Part shown: positions 25,301 to 36,447 of the stretch, one piece after another | Position numbering within the stretch: position 1 is the stretch's first letter | How the letters are laid out: each line of letters begins with the position of its first letter | From: Atractiella rhizophila | Taxonomy: Eukaryota | Reading direction: 5' to 3' | Length of the DNA: 64,000 nucleotides | NCBI GenBank assembly: GCA_021432655.1 | Contig: MU271192.1 | Location: forward strand, 124,001-188,000 | The notes under the pieces: generated by a model | Database searches by the model: none | The model's input: only the letters and a program-made list of their open reading frames with translations | What the model was told of the DNA's origin: nothing | Position numbers and translations under genes: made by a program

Positions 25301-26393
25301 GTCAATATGGGCGGAGGAGTCGGCACTTTCAATGGTACTGACGGAGAGGTCGGAGTTGTCGGGGGAGCACGGTCTTGTTCGAGTTTGGAGAGGATTTCAG
25401 AGAGGGTGTCTTTGGAGGAGATTGAGAAATGTAGCGGTTCTTCGAGCGTGGAAAGGGTGAGGTAAAGGTGCTTCGACTTCTCGGTCGTGAAGTTGGTGAG
25501 ATTGGACATCGGGTATTGCTGCACCGGATTCTAGACAGGACGTGAGGCCCATTATTGGATCAGAGGAAGAGTAAGCAGACCTTGTCCGATTCACTGGCAA
25601 AGAATATCATGCCATTCCCGACACCGAGTGTTCCCTTTTTCTTCTTCTTCTTTGCATCGATCTCCTACAGCATCCTCATTAGTATTCGTTGAATGGATCA
25701 CATAAAGCGACGCACTGTTACAGCCCAAGTCTTGACGGGACTCCCACTTCCTGCAGCTTTAGCAGAAGCAGCGAGCTCTGAAGGATCTCTGTACGCTCCG
25801 GCCGAAGCAGTTGTGGGACTCATAGGCGTTTCTGGCTCAGCCTAACATCCACCGACCAATACAGGCATACTTCAACTCGGACAGCACAAAAACCAAGAAG
25901 ACAAGAAGACCACGCACCTCCTCCTCCTCTTGCGCCTGTGCGTCCTCCGGATCGCTCACATAGTTAGCAGGGACGTAACCGGCTCCCTTCCACTTCGGCT
26001 TAGCGCACAACACCCACTCCGAGTCTTTCTCTGGCTCCTCTACGAGGTTCAATCGCTCGTCTTCTTCGACCGTCAGCTCGTCTTCTGCTGTGCTCGTGTA
26101 CGAGTATAAGGCAATGATTTCCTTCACTGGTGTCGCTTCAACGACGTAGGCCGCTGGGACGAGGCCTATGACTGAGGATGGGGGAGCGGAGGCTGCTAAC
26201 TTTGGTGCGACCTTCCACCAGCTGAAAGGTGATTAGGATATGATGGGACGACTATTTGAGATACATACTCCTGATCGTCGTTCTCGAGCACCCATAATAC
26301 TTCTCCTTCTTTGATGTCTAGCTCTTCCTCGTTCTGAGCAACATAGTCAAACTCAGCTTTAACCACTCCCAGATAGATCTGCGTGGACGCCAT
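22303..26393 (-). CDS. SLA1: Endocytic adaptor Sla1 (three SH3, SHD1, SAM-like SHD2, C-terminal QPTGF repeats)
   Basis: SH3s YLGVVKAEFDYVAQNEEEL, ALYSYTSTAEDEL, AIYDFEAQAADEL. SHD1 TRVWKDRTGQFKVEAEFLG-IRLHKLNGVIVEVP. SHD2 [31 protein letters not shown]. Confidence 0.95.
22810..23240 (-). repeat. Coding xQPTGF repeats of the Sla1 C-terminus
   Basis: VQPTGF, SQPTGF (x2), PQPTGF (x2), SQPQGF, and one more SQPTGF split by an intron. Confidence 0.85.
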
Positions 26394-26498
26394 CTTGCTC
26401 GTGGTCGTATCGTTTCTGACGGAACCGACCACGCATCTCCTCAAGCAACCACCAACGAGTAATCTTAATCAGGGAGTCACTTCCAAGCCAAGTACGAC

Positions 26499-27314
26499 AT
26501 GCAAGCAGTGAACCGGTTCCTGTACGGCCCAACACCCCAAGAAAAAGTGCGGAAATGGCGACAGGATCTCAAGGCAGAGCAACGGAAGCTCGACCGGACC
26601 ATTCGTCAGATAGACAGCGCTCAGGCAACGACGAGGGGACAACTGAAGCAGTTGGCGAATAAGGGAGATGTCAAGAACGCCAAGATATTGGCTCGGGAGG
26701 TAGTGAGAAGCAATAAACAGAAGGATAAAATGTATACGTCGAAGGCTATGTTGAATAGCATAGACATGCAACTCACCCATCAACTTGGTTCGTTCCTCTT
26801 CCATCCGTCATGGGATTCGGATGAATGACGGTTGAATGATAGCCACGTTGAAGATCACTGGTACCTTGCAGAAGTCAACAGAGATAATGAAGCTCTCCAA
26901 CAGCGTGATGAAGCTTCCCGAGCTCCAAGCAACCATGAAGAACATGAGCCAAGAGATGATGAAGGTTCGTCCTACTCTTCTTCTAGTCCTCATCATTCTG
27001 ATATCGCTGTGGTAAGGCAGGCATAATGTCTGAGATGGTGGACGACGTGATGGAGTCTTTGGACATAGACGAAGAAATAGAAGAAGAGGCGGACGAGGAG
27101 GTCGACAAGGTCTTGTTTGAGATCACAGATGGGAAGCTTGGGGAAGCAGGAAAAGTTGGGGGACAGTTACCGGTTCGTCATTCCTTCTATAGTCATACAT
27201 TATTGATTTATGGTTATTGTGGATACACAGCAAGTACCAGCGGAGGTGGAAGAGGAAGACGCGAGAGAGGTGGAAAGGATGCAGGCTCAGCTCGATGGAC
27301 TGTTGCGGTCATGA
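26499..27314 (+). CDS. VPS24: ESCRT-III subunit Vps24/CHMP3
   Basis: RFLYGPTPQEKVRKW, KNAKILAREVVR, LKITGTLQKSTEIMK, EEEADEEVDKVLFEITDGKLG, C-terminal [11 protein letters not shown]. Confidence 0.93.
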
Positions 27315-28569
27315 TCTTCTCCCTCACTTCCCTGCCTCCCTCCCTCTTCGTCCTCGTCCCCTTCTTCTCCCCCTTCTTCTCCTTCATCCTCCTCATCGCT
27401 CCAGTCCGTTGCAGCCCGCATGAAAGAGTGGTTTGGATTCGCGACCAGTAGATCGTCCTCGCCTTCTGCCTTTTCTTTACCTATAACGAAGCAGAGTGTA
27501 ATCAGTCGTCTATATACCTTGTACCAATAGAGCAACACAGCAGGAAGCCCGAAACTCACGTCGCGCTTCTGCCTCTGCCTCCATCTCCTCTAGATATTCC
27601 TCTTGCACGCGTATAATGTCAGAACTGTCCTTACACTTTTGATAACGCTCGATAAGCAGCCTACGTACCAGCCTCAACTTGTCATTGCTTGCGATGATGG
27701 GAAACTTACCGGTTGATTTGCATGAATGAATGCCCCCATGAGAATTTGCTCAAGAGCTCGTCGGCTACTTCGTCACAGCCTGTGATGTAGAGAGCCGCAG
27801 CAAAAGCCTCTGTGGATCAACAATTTTCAGTAAGATATTTTGTGGTGAGGAGAGCAGACATACCAACACAGTTGAGCTTGTACGCTTGGATTAGGCGTCA
27901 TATTGGTGGCGAACTGATAAGGCAAATGACACTTACGCTTGCCATAATTGACCGGATTGGTAGCGACTAGGTAAGGCACTTGATCCAACTCATCAGTTCA
28001 TTCCACACAGGCAAATGAGAAAAGAAGGCGCACATAGTCTCTCATTCGGACTCCTGATCTTCGCAAACGGCACCTCCTCCAACCTGGCCCATGAGCATTC
28101 GACAACCTGTATCCCATCGTGTTCTCAGTATAACGCGATTTTGTAACAACAGTGAATACGAGAACGACTTACTGCCAACCCCCTTTGCAACAAGATCTCC
28201 CGATCGGCAGGCGAGACAGCTTGCTTTCCTTCTGGCGACAGGACCAGTCCAGGAAACTTCCTTCCAACATGCAGTTCTCCCACCAAACCTAGACGGGAGA
28301 GCTTCTTTCCTGAACATCTTTTGGGATCACAGTGATTGAAGTCCTTCAAGTACATCGGTGAAACATGATCAGCGGACGAATGGACTTGGGAGGGAAGAGG
28401 AACGAACCCACATCGAGAGCGGAAAGCCAAACGTCGCTTTATTCGCGCTTGTTCCTCCGACAGCGGTGCCATACCCCTCATCCTCACGGATACGCTCGCG
28501 ATCTCGTCCGCCTCTTGCTTTTGGCTGCCCTCGTGAATATTTTTGTGCCTTTGATTTCGAGTTGGTCAT
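27287..28569 (-). CDS. TSR3: 18S rRNA aminocarboxypropyltransferase Tsr3
   Basis: [85 protein letters not shown]. Confidence 0.94.
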
Positions 28570-28825
28570 CTTGCTCCATCATTTGCTCCCTAACACACGT
28601 GCACCATTCCTGCCGCCACTTGATTGCGAGCCACCAAGTTACACGACCGTCGACGAGAGCCTAGCAACGTTTGGGGAAGGGCTATCAAGGGAAGACGTGT
28701 CTGTAAGTTTCTCAGTGTACGGAAGCCCAGAATTTGGCTCAACTAAGATTTGCTGTTCGACAGTAGACAACAACAAACCGCAGGTGTCCCGTGCCACAAC
28801 AGATATCAAAGCAAATTAGCTGAAG

Positions 28826-30049
28826 ATGGGTGTACTGAGCGGTCTCGACTGCCCCATCTGCTCAGACAACTCTTCTTCCGCCTCCTGGTGCGCCACCAAA
28901 GCTTGCGGGCACGTATTTCACGTCGGTAAGCACACCTTCACATCCCTCAATAGCCCAATAGCTGATCGTGTGAGGTGACAGACTGTTTGAATGACTGGAA
29001 GGGTCCACCTGGAACACAATATATTACCTGTCCCTGTTGTCGTAAAGAGTTGAAACGGAAAGACGATAGGAGGAAGAAGACATACATTTTGTTGCACGGG
29101 ATCGAGGAGCGCCATTTGGCATCTTCGCCTATTCGAGGGCTTCCGGACGATGAAGAAGCTGGCGACGATCTGCCCAACAATTTGCTTAACGATAACGCGG
29201 ACTATGAAGATGTGATCGCTGCTCTCCAGGCGGAAGTAGAAGAGGAGAAGGAGGGTAGGTTACAAGCAGAAGGGAAGTGGAAGATGAGAGAAAAGGAACT
29301 GAGGACCGCGGAGAAGAAGATATGGGAATTACAGGGTACGATAGAAGAGAAGGAAGAGGCGATCAAAGGGTGGGAGAAAGGGAATGAGAAGCTGCGGAAG
29401 AGGGTGGACGAGCTCGAAGCTTCCAAGGTGGATCTGAGAAGGAATCTAGATGACAGGAAGAGTCAAGTCGAGAGGTACTTCATCTCCCTCACTAAATGTT
29501 TTCTTAATATGAGTCTGATGAACGTGAGACAGACTGAAACATTCACTTGAAGATGTTCAACAGTCTAAAGAAACACTCTTCACCCAACTAGCAGAGTCGG
29601 AACGGCGCCGAAGGGAACTCGAAAGCTCCAACGCACGTCTAATGGAAGCCAACCAATCCTATCGACAGCGCGAAGCACAGAAAAAACAGCGCTTAGCCCG
29701 TCAGTCGTCCCCCAATCCTACCCGAGATCCGACATCTTCACGGGCAGATCCCGTCGAAGACGAAGCAGCCGATGAAGGCGAGCGACAGATGGACGTTGGA
29801 TTGGAAGAGATCGATTTCGATTCGTCTCACTTTACGGACCCGCCTGATGTACCCACTGTGTCCACTTTGCCAGGATTCTCTGCGTTTGCAGGATTCGATA
29901 CAGCCAGTCGGCCATTCGAGCGGAGAGGGAGAGCGGGAGGCAGTGGGAAGGAGGGGGAGAAGGGGAAAGAGAAGAAGCGGAAGATAGATGGGTTCTTGAG
30001 CAAGGGCGATTCTCTTGCCTTAGGTCCAAAGAGACGCAAGAAGATTTAA
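28826..30049 (+). CDS. RING-H2 E3 ligase with coiled coil and basic C-terminal tail (TRAIP-like layout)
   Basis: Spliced CPICSD-KACGHVFHVDCLNDW-ITCPCCRK (C3H2C3), a long E/K coiled coil, and the tail KKRKIDGFLSKGDSLALGPKRRKKI. Confidence 0.85.
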
Positions 30050-31605
30050 TCGGCGCTTTTTCTGTCGTTTGGAGTGATTCGGTTTCACATTGTTGTACAA
30101 CTATTGTTACTATAATAAAATACAGTAAACCGTCGTCTTGACTTACACCCCTTACACCAGCAGTTGCTCAATCCTTCAACATTTTTTTCGAAAAGAACTA
30201 ATTGAACACCCTTCCAACACCGCCGCACTATCTTCCACTCAGCATTCCTTCTCCAGGAAACAAGTGGGAAATAAAGAGAGACGTACCCTAGGGCATGTCC
30301 TAGTATCCAACAAGAATCCATACACCGTCCCATCGCCCCCACAATAAGAACAAAGCCAGCCTCCCAAGCTTGGGTCGCCCGCTCTGACGACACGCGCACC
30401 AGGAGGAGGGCCATATGACGAGAAGAGGAGAAGGAGGGTAGGTTACAAGCAGAAGGGAAGTGGAAGATGAGAGAAAAGGAACTGAGGACCGCGGAGAAGA
30501 AGATATGGGAATTACAGGGTACGATAGAAGAGAAGGAAGAGGCGATCAAAGGGTGGGAGAAAGGGAATGAGAAGCTGCGGAAGAGGGTGGACGAGCTCGA
30601 AGCTTCCAAGGTGGATCTGAGAAGGAATCTAGATGACAGGAAGAGTCAAGTCGAGAGGTACTTCATCTCCCTCACTAAACGTTTTCTTGATATGAGCCTG
30701 ATGAACGTGGGACAGACTGAAACATTCACTTGAAGATGTTCAACAGTCTAAAGAAACACTCTTCACCCAACTAGCAGAGTCGGAACGGCGCCGACGGGAA
30801 CTCGAAAGCTCCAACGCACGTCTAATGGAAGCCAACCAATCCTATCGACAGCGCGAAGCACAGAAAAAGCAGCGCTTAGCCCGTCAGTCCTCCCCCAATC
30901 CTACCCGAGATCCGTCATCTTCACGGCCAGACCCCGTCGAAGACGAAGTAGCCGATGAAGGCGAGCGACAGATGGACGTTGGCTTGGAAGAGATCGATTT
31001 CGATTCGTCTCACTTTACGGACCCGCCTGATATTCCCACTGTATCCACTTTGCCAGGATTCTCTCCTTTTGCTGGATTCGATACAGCCAGTCGGCCTTTC
31101 GAGCGGAGAGGAAGAGCGGGAGGCAGTGGGAAGGAAGGGGAGAAGGGGAAAGAGAAGAAGCGGAAGATAGATGGGTTCTTAAGCAAGGGCGATTCTCTTG
31201 CCTTAGGTCCAAAGAGACGCAAGAAGATTTAATCGGCGCTTTTCTGTCGTTTGGAGTGATTCGGTTTCACATTGTTGTACAACTATTGTTACTATAATAA
31301 AATACAGTAAATCGTCGTCTTGACTTACACCACCCCTTACACCACGAGTTGCTCAATCCTTCAACATTTTTTTCGACAAGAACTAATTGAACACCCTTCC
31401 AACACCGCCGCACTATCTTCCACTCAGCATTCCTTCTCCAGGAAACAAGTGGGAAATAAAGAGAGACGTACTCTAGGGCACGTCCTAGTATCCAACAAGA
31501 ATCCATACACCGTCCCATCGCCCCCACAGTAAGAACAAAGCCAGCCTCCCAAGCTTGGGTCGCCTGCTCTGACGACACGCGCACCAGGAGGAGGGCCATA
31601 TGACG
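29238..31605. repeat. Direct tandem duplication 2 (29238-30420 and 30421-31605)
   Basis: Duplicates the 3' half of the RING gene and the 3' end of the HUA1-like gene; SNPs and small indels; blunt junction at 30420/30421. Confidence 0.97.
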
Positions 31606-32150
31606 GCGTGATCCTTGGGTACGGCTGCTGGTGGAGGGCAGGGGAGCCATATCCTGGATATCCCGGTTGGGGATGAGGGTGCTGAGGCGGACGCTGATGT
31701 TGGGCTTGGGAGGACGCTGGTGAGTGGAAGGAGGGCAGAGGACGTTGCAGGACGTAGCCTGGAGGCGGGGCGGAGCTGTGATTGTAGGGTCGGGAGTAGT
31801 GATCCCAACACTTTTTGCCATCGAATCTCCGTGACAATGATGACTTTGGAGGGTTAAGAACTCACTCGTCGACATGGGTTGTTCGGATCATATGCCTTGT
31901 ATCTGTCCCAAAAGAAATGTCAGAAAGAAGCAGGAGGATGGAGAGTGAAGATTGACCCGGTATTGTTACATTTGTCGCAGTGGTAGGAAGCCGGGAGGAT
32001 GAGGACGTTGCCATTGTGTAAGAGGGGGCGACCAGGGATAGGAGTTGTGGCTGTTCCAAGGAAACTGTCAGCGTGGTTTCTTCTATATGCGTCGATATGC
32101 TCAAAGAACTCTGAAGTAGGAGGCACAATTTCCTTTTCTGTTTCACACAT
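31383..32150 (-). CDS. HUA1: Hua1-like proline-rich zinc-finger protein; start uncertain
   Basis: TTPIPGRPLLHNGNVLI-YHCDKCNNTG, PCRRCWDHYSRP, VVRAGDPSLGGWLCSYCGGDG-TCPRCGGVGRVF (DnaJ-type CxxCxGxG). Confidence 0.78.
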
Positions 32151-33479
32151 AAAGTCTCAAATTCAAGTGGATGCCTCCATGCTCATTCTCATTGTTTTCT
32201 TTTATGCAGCTATCTTCGCCCAACAAGTCCATGACGGTCACCACTGCTTGGTCACTGTCTATCGAGTCCTCAAACGACTTCGGAACATTATGGTTGCAGG
32301 TGGATCGAAGATTCTCCGAGAGTAAAGAATCCCTCCCTCCATTCGATCCTTGTTTTTCTCTGCGAATATAAGTTCTTTGACATTATGGATATTCAAGTTG
32401 CTTATTGCGTTCCTGCGCACAGGCACGCCGAAGACCGAAGGATGGACGCATCGCAAGAAGACATGAATACGAATGAACAAAGAGGATGAGAATCTTCAGC
32501 TTGCCTCTTGGAGAGGGCTTTGACAAGCTTCGAGAATGCAATGCATAACCGCAGCAGGGCAGAGTAAACGTTGAATCAATAAATATTTTGAGAAGGCGGA
32601 GAATAAAGAAGAAAATACGAAGAATCCGTCGGCTCGAATACAGAGACACAGGAGTTGGAAGCAAGCCGAGCTCACAAGGCTGAAAAGCATTCCCGCCACC
32701 TCCCCCTGTGGCATTACCTCCACTCCCACTCTGTCCAGACTGAGACTGAGACTGAGGGGTAGTTGAAGGAGGGGCGAATCGAACGGCGTCGTTGCGGAAG
32801 GGATGGGAGGGACCGGCTTCGAGGATTGTGTCTTCTGGACGGAGTGTGTAGGCTGGCTGTGGTTCAGACAGTCATCAGAAAATCACGCAACCATCTAGAT
32901 ATCATCATAGTATGTTTGACAGAAATTCTAGAGATAATCATCTCTGCAGCAACATTCATGTTGAGTGAACAAAGACATGTCGATGCTGGAGAGGAGGCAC
33001 AACTTCCAAATACTTACTGGTGGCTCGTCGTTGTCTGGCTCCGCGTTGAGAGTATCCGAGCGGCGTGGTGGTAGCGCTGGTGCAGACATTTGGTGGAATC
33101 GAGTGATAAAGGTCGGTGGGAGTTGGTCGAGAACTTAAGTTCTGGAGTTGATAGTCCGATCAAGAATAAGAATCAGACCAAGAGTCATGCATCCCAACAC
33201 TTTCTGAATATCCGAACAACCAACGCGAACCACGCCTGCTTCCTTTGACAGCTTATCACTATATCCCCTTCTAAAGCATCATACTAGACTGTTGCTCGTA
33301 CAAGAAAATACTGAGATAGGAAGAACTTAGGGAGAAATGGGGAGATACAGATGCTGGTAAGTCTTCATTATTTCACGGCACCTCGATCCTTCGAACACGC
33401 TCAAAACATCGCATGCGATCATGATATATGCGCTCAGAACTGGAAGCGATGCTCAAAGCGTATTGTCACAAACGAGCCA

Positions 33480-36201
33480 ATGGCGCTCGCGAACATGCGT
33501 CCGCTTCCCATCCCCAAGCCATTAGATTGCTTACATCTACCTCTCTTTGCTCCATCATCGACCTGATGTTGGATCACAGTGCCTGGAATCGCTTCCTTCC
33601 TCCCGCCGCCGCTTGTGAACCCGATCCAACCCACCCGACCTAACAAACGCAGGCCTTCTCGCTCAGATTCTCCTCAGCCTTCTACCTCTCAAAACCCGCC
33701 CTCGACCTCTCAAAATGTATCACCCAAAGATACCTCATCGTACGCGGTAAAGAGCCCAAATGGGATCAAGCGCGCACGTCTCTCACCATCCGCGCCGTCA
33801 GCCTCAACCTCTCACCCCATTCCCACTCCTGGAAACTCACAGCAGAACTTGCCAGTTAAGCATGGCCATGCTCAGTCTCGTGAAGATGTGACTATGATTG
33901 TGGATGCGGATGCGGAGGGGCCGTTGGAAGAGACGTATCGGATCGTATACGACGAGAAAGAGAAGATCTATCGAATCCATATCTTCGCTACGGATGCCAA
34001 CGAATCCCATTGGCCGAGCAAGCAGGATGGCCCGTTGGAAAACATTACTCGACCCAAACAGAAGAAGTACGAGATGTGGTTGAAGAAGATTGGTGAGGCC
34101 GTGGCAAAGCTGCTCGAGCTTGACATGAGTGCGTTCCTCCTTTGCCATCCGTGCGAGTAGTGATACTCATCGCGCTGCCTCGCTTTATTCTTGTTTGGTC
34201 TGATCGGTTGTGTTGGAACAAATGTTGGAATGGAAAGATCGGAAGAAGTACGCGCTCGCGGCCCTTCCTCCCGGATACAACCTCTTCACCAAAGCTCGAA
34301 GGAAGAATGGGGACCCGACGGATCCCACTAGAGTTCGATCTGACGCCTACCTGTACGGTCGCCCCAATGTGATCTATAGATCCCCCAATGAGTTCGTTGC
34401 CCACGCTCACTGGCTCCTTCAACCACTCTCCGCCTCCAAAGTCTGTGAATGCATATATTGCGGCCCCAAGGTTGGACATCGGGAGTCGCAGAAGGTGGTG
34501 AACCGGGAGGTGTTGGGGATCAAGGATCCAGAGCGTAAGAGTGGATCGAAGTTGGGTAAGATGGCTACTCAGCTGGGGAGGGATGGAAAGCTGCTAGCAG
34601 TGCCCGATCAGAGCATCGTGGAAAAGTCAAAGACTTTTCAGGAGGGAAGGATGGCCCCGAACCTCTCGAAGAGCTTGTCGAAGGATCGAGAGAAGGACTT
34701 GAAGGTGGCAGAAGGATTGTTTAGGGAATTGGAGCTCGTTTGGGTCAGGTTGGAGGAGCGGATTGGGAGCAAGAACAAGGGTGCAGATCGCGCAGAGGAA
34801 CTCGCCATCACTCATTGGCCCGCCGTAGTGTTTAAGAAAACGAGCAAGTTGAAGGGTTCGGCAGGGGTTTGGATTTCGGAATATTCGGTACGCCTCCTCG
34901 CAGCAGACAACGATTTGGTAGTCCAAGAAGACAGCTTGATACCTTGGTCTGTCCTCTCGCTCTCCATCTCGCACTTGGTTGGTGGCTGACGTGTTGAACG
35001 GATGGAACAGGTTGGCCCATCCTCCGAATAATAAATTATTTGAGTTGGAGCTGAGGACGCCAAAGGGTATTGCTGCGATTTGGGATGAGGAGCAGCGGCA
35101 GGGTGTAAGGTCGTCTACCAAAGATTTAGGCGACGTATATACCGCAGTGACACCCTACGCGCTCGCACTACAAAGTCTGTCCTTCCATTCCATCTCCCTT
35201 CAAAGCACCAGCACAAGAGCTGACGTGGACTGTAGCCGGAGCCCACCTCATTAGCTACTTCTTGATGTTCGACAGGTGAGTAAACCTCATACTCCTTTCT
35301 GGTCTGCTTCTACCATCTCAAGGCTCTTTAGGTACAAGCTCAGCAGACACGATATCGTGTCCAGCTCGGCTCCGACTTCAGAGCAGAAGGGGGAGATAGA
35401 CAAGGCACTCAAGTTTCAATACTACCAAGGCTTGTTCTGGGGGTGCGTCTTCCTTCCTATGACTCGCAAGGCCACATATTAAGAATGACGGCGTGAACTG
35501 ACGGAACAGAGCAGAGAAGATCTGGAGCGGCGAGCTTGTCCGTTTGCTGGCGAGAGAAGAAGATCTCCCTCTGGAGTTCTCGGCCCACATGCGCCCTGGA
35601 TCCTTCAAGTCCTTCTTCCTCAAGGTCCATTGCTTCTTCGTCGAAGCAGAGTCCTCAGCCCGAGTCGCAGGCGAGCTCTTTGGTCTTCGAAAGATTACCT
35701 CGTCCGCCTCGACTCCATCCACCGTAGCGGACATCCTTCCGCCCAAAGGATACTTTTTCCAACCGCTCTCCCCACCCGGCGGACAACACATTTTCGACAT
35801 CGAGTACCTCGCCGGAAGGTTCTACAGTCCCTCTCCTTCATTCTCAGTGGAGGAGATTGAATCCTCCTTACCCCCAACAGGAAACGATGGAGGTAGAGCT
35901 GGTCAACTCTCACGGGTTGCTACATTAGCAGGATTTCATCCTGGCACTAGCTTGTTCATGAAATCCAGCTCCTGGTTACAGCCCAGGAGACAGCATGTCG
36001 TGGAGGCTGAGAAAAAGGCTCAGGCAGAGATGCTCGAGTATATTAAGACGCCGATAGAAGACAATACGCAGGTGGATGCTGTAGTCGATGACATGCAAGT
36101 CTCAGTACGTTCTTCCTTCGATAGAACATTGGTGGAGATGGGGGCTCATTGTTTTGGCGCATGCATAGGATCAGGAAATCATCATGCTTCCCACACCTTG
36201 A
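33480..36201 (+). CDS. clr2: Cryptic loci regulator 2 (Clr2)-like silencing protein
   Basis: WLKKIGEAVA, YALAALPPGYNLF, DAYLYG-YRSPNEFVAHAHWL-CECIYC (N-terminal domain); FRELELVWV; YYQGLFWGAEKIWSGELVRL (C-terminal domain). Confidence 0.82.
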
Positions 36202-36447
36202 AGACCTGAACTCTGTTCCCAAATTCCTGGCTCTCTACGTCCAGCCTTACGAACCGTTTCCACGTTTCATTGTCAACTTGCCAACCTTACCTCAATTAGT
36301 GATTGGATTCATTCAAAACCACAAGTGCTTTTTCATCGCAATAATCAGAGTAGTTAATTTTCATCCTTGCTTCCGCGACAATGTACATCTTGGCCTCCTC
36401 CCTTATTGGAACTACCCAAACCTCTTTGTATTACGGCCCTTGGGAAA

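Noticed and set aside
24435..25465. Arg-, Ser- and Gly-rich ORFs in alternative frames
   Set aside because: By-products of low-complexity Sla1 codons.
30085..30609. 174-aa ORF that looks like a novel chimeric gene
   Set aside because: Created by reading across the duplication 2 junction in non-coding frames.
32737..32757. Short (AGACTG)n repeat
   Set aside because: About three units; an ordinary microsatellite.
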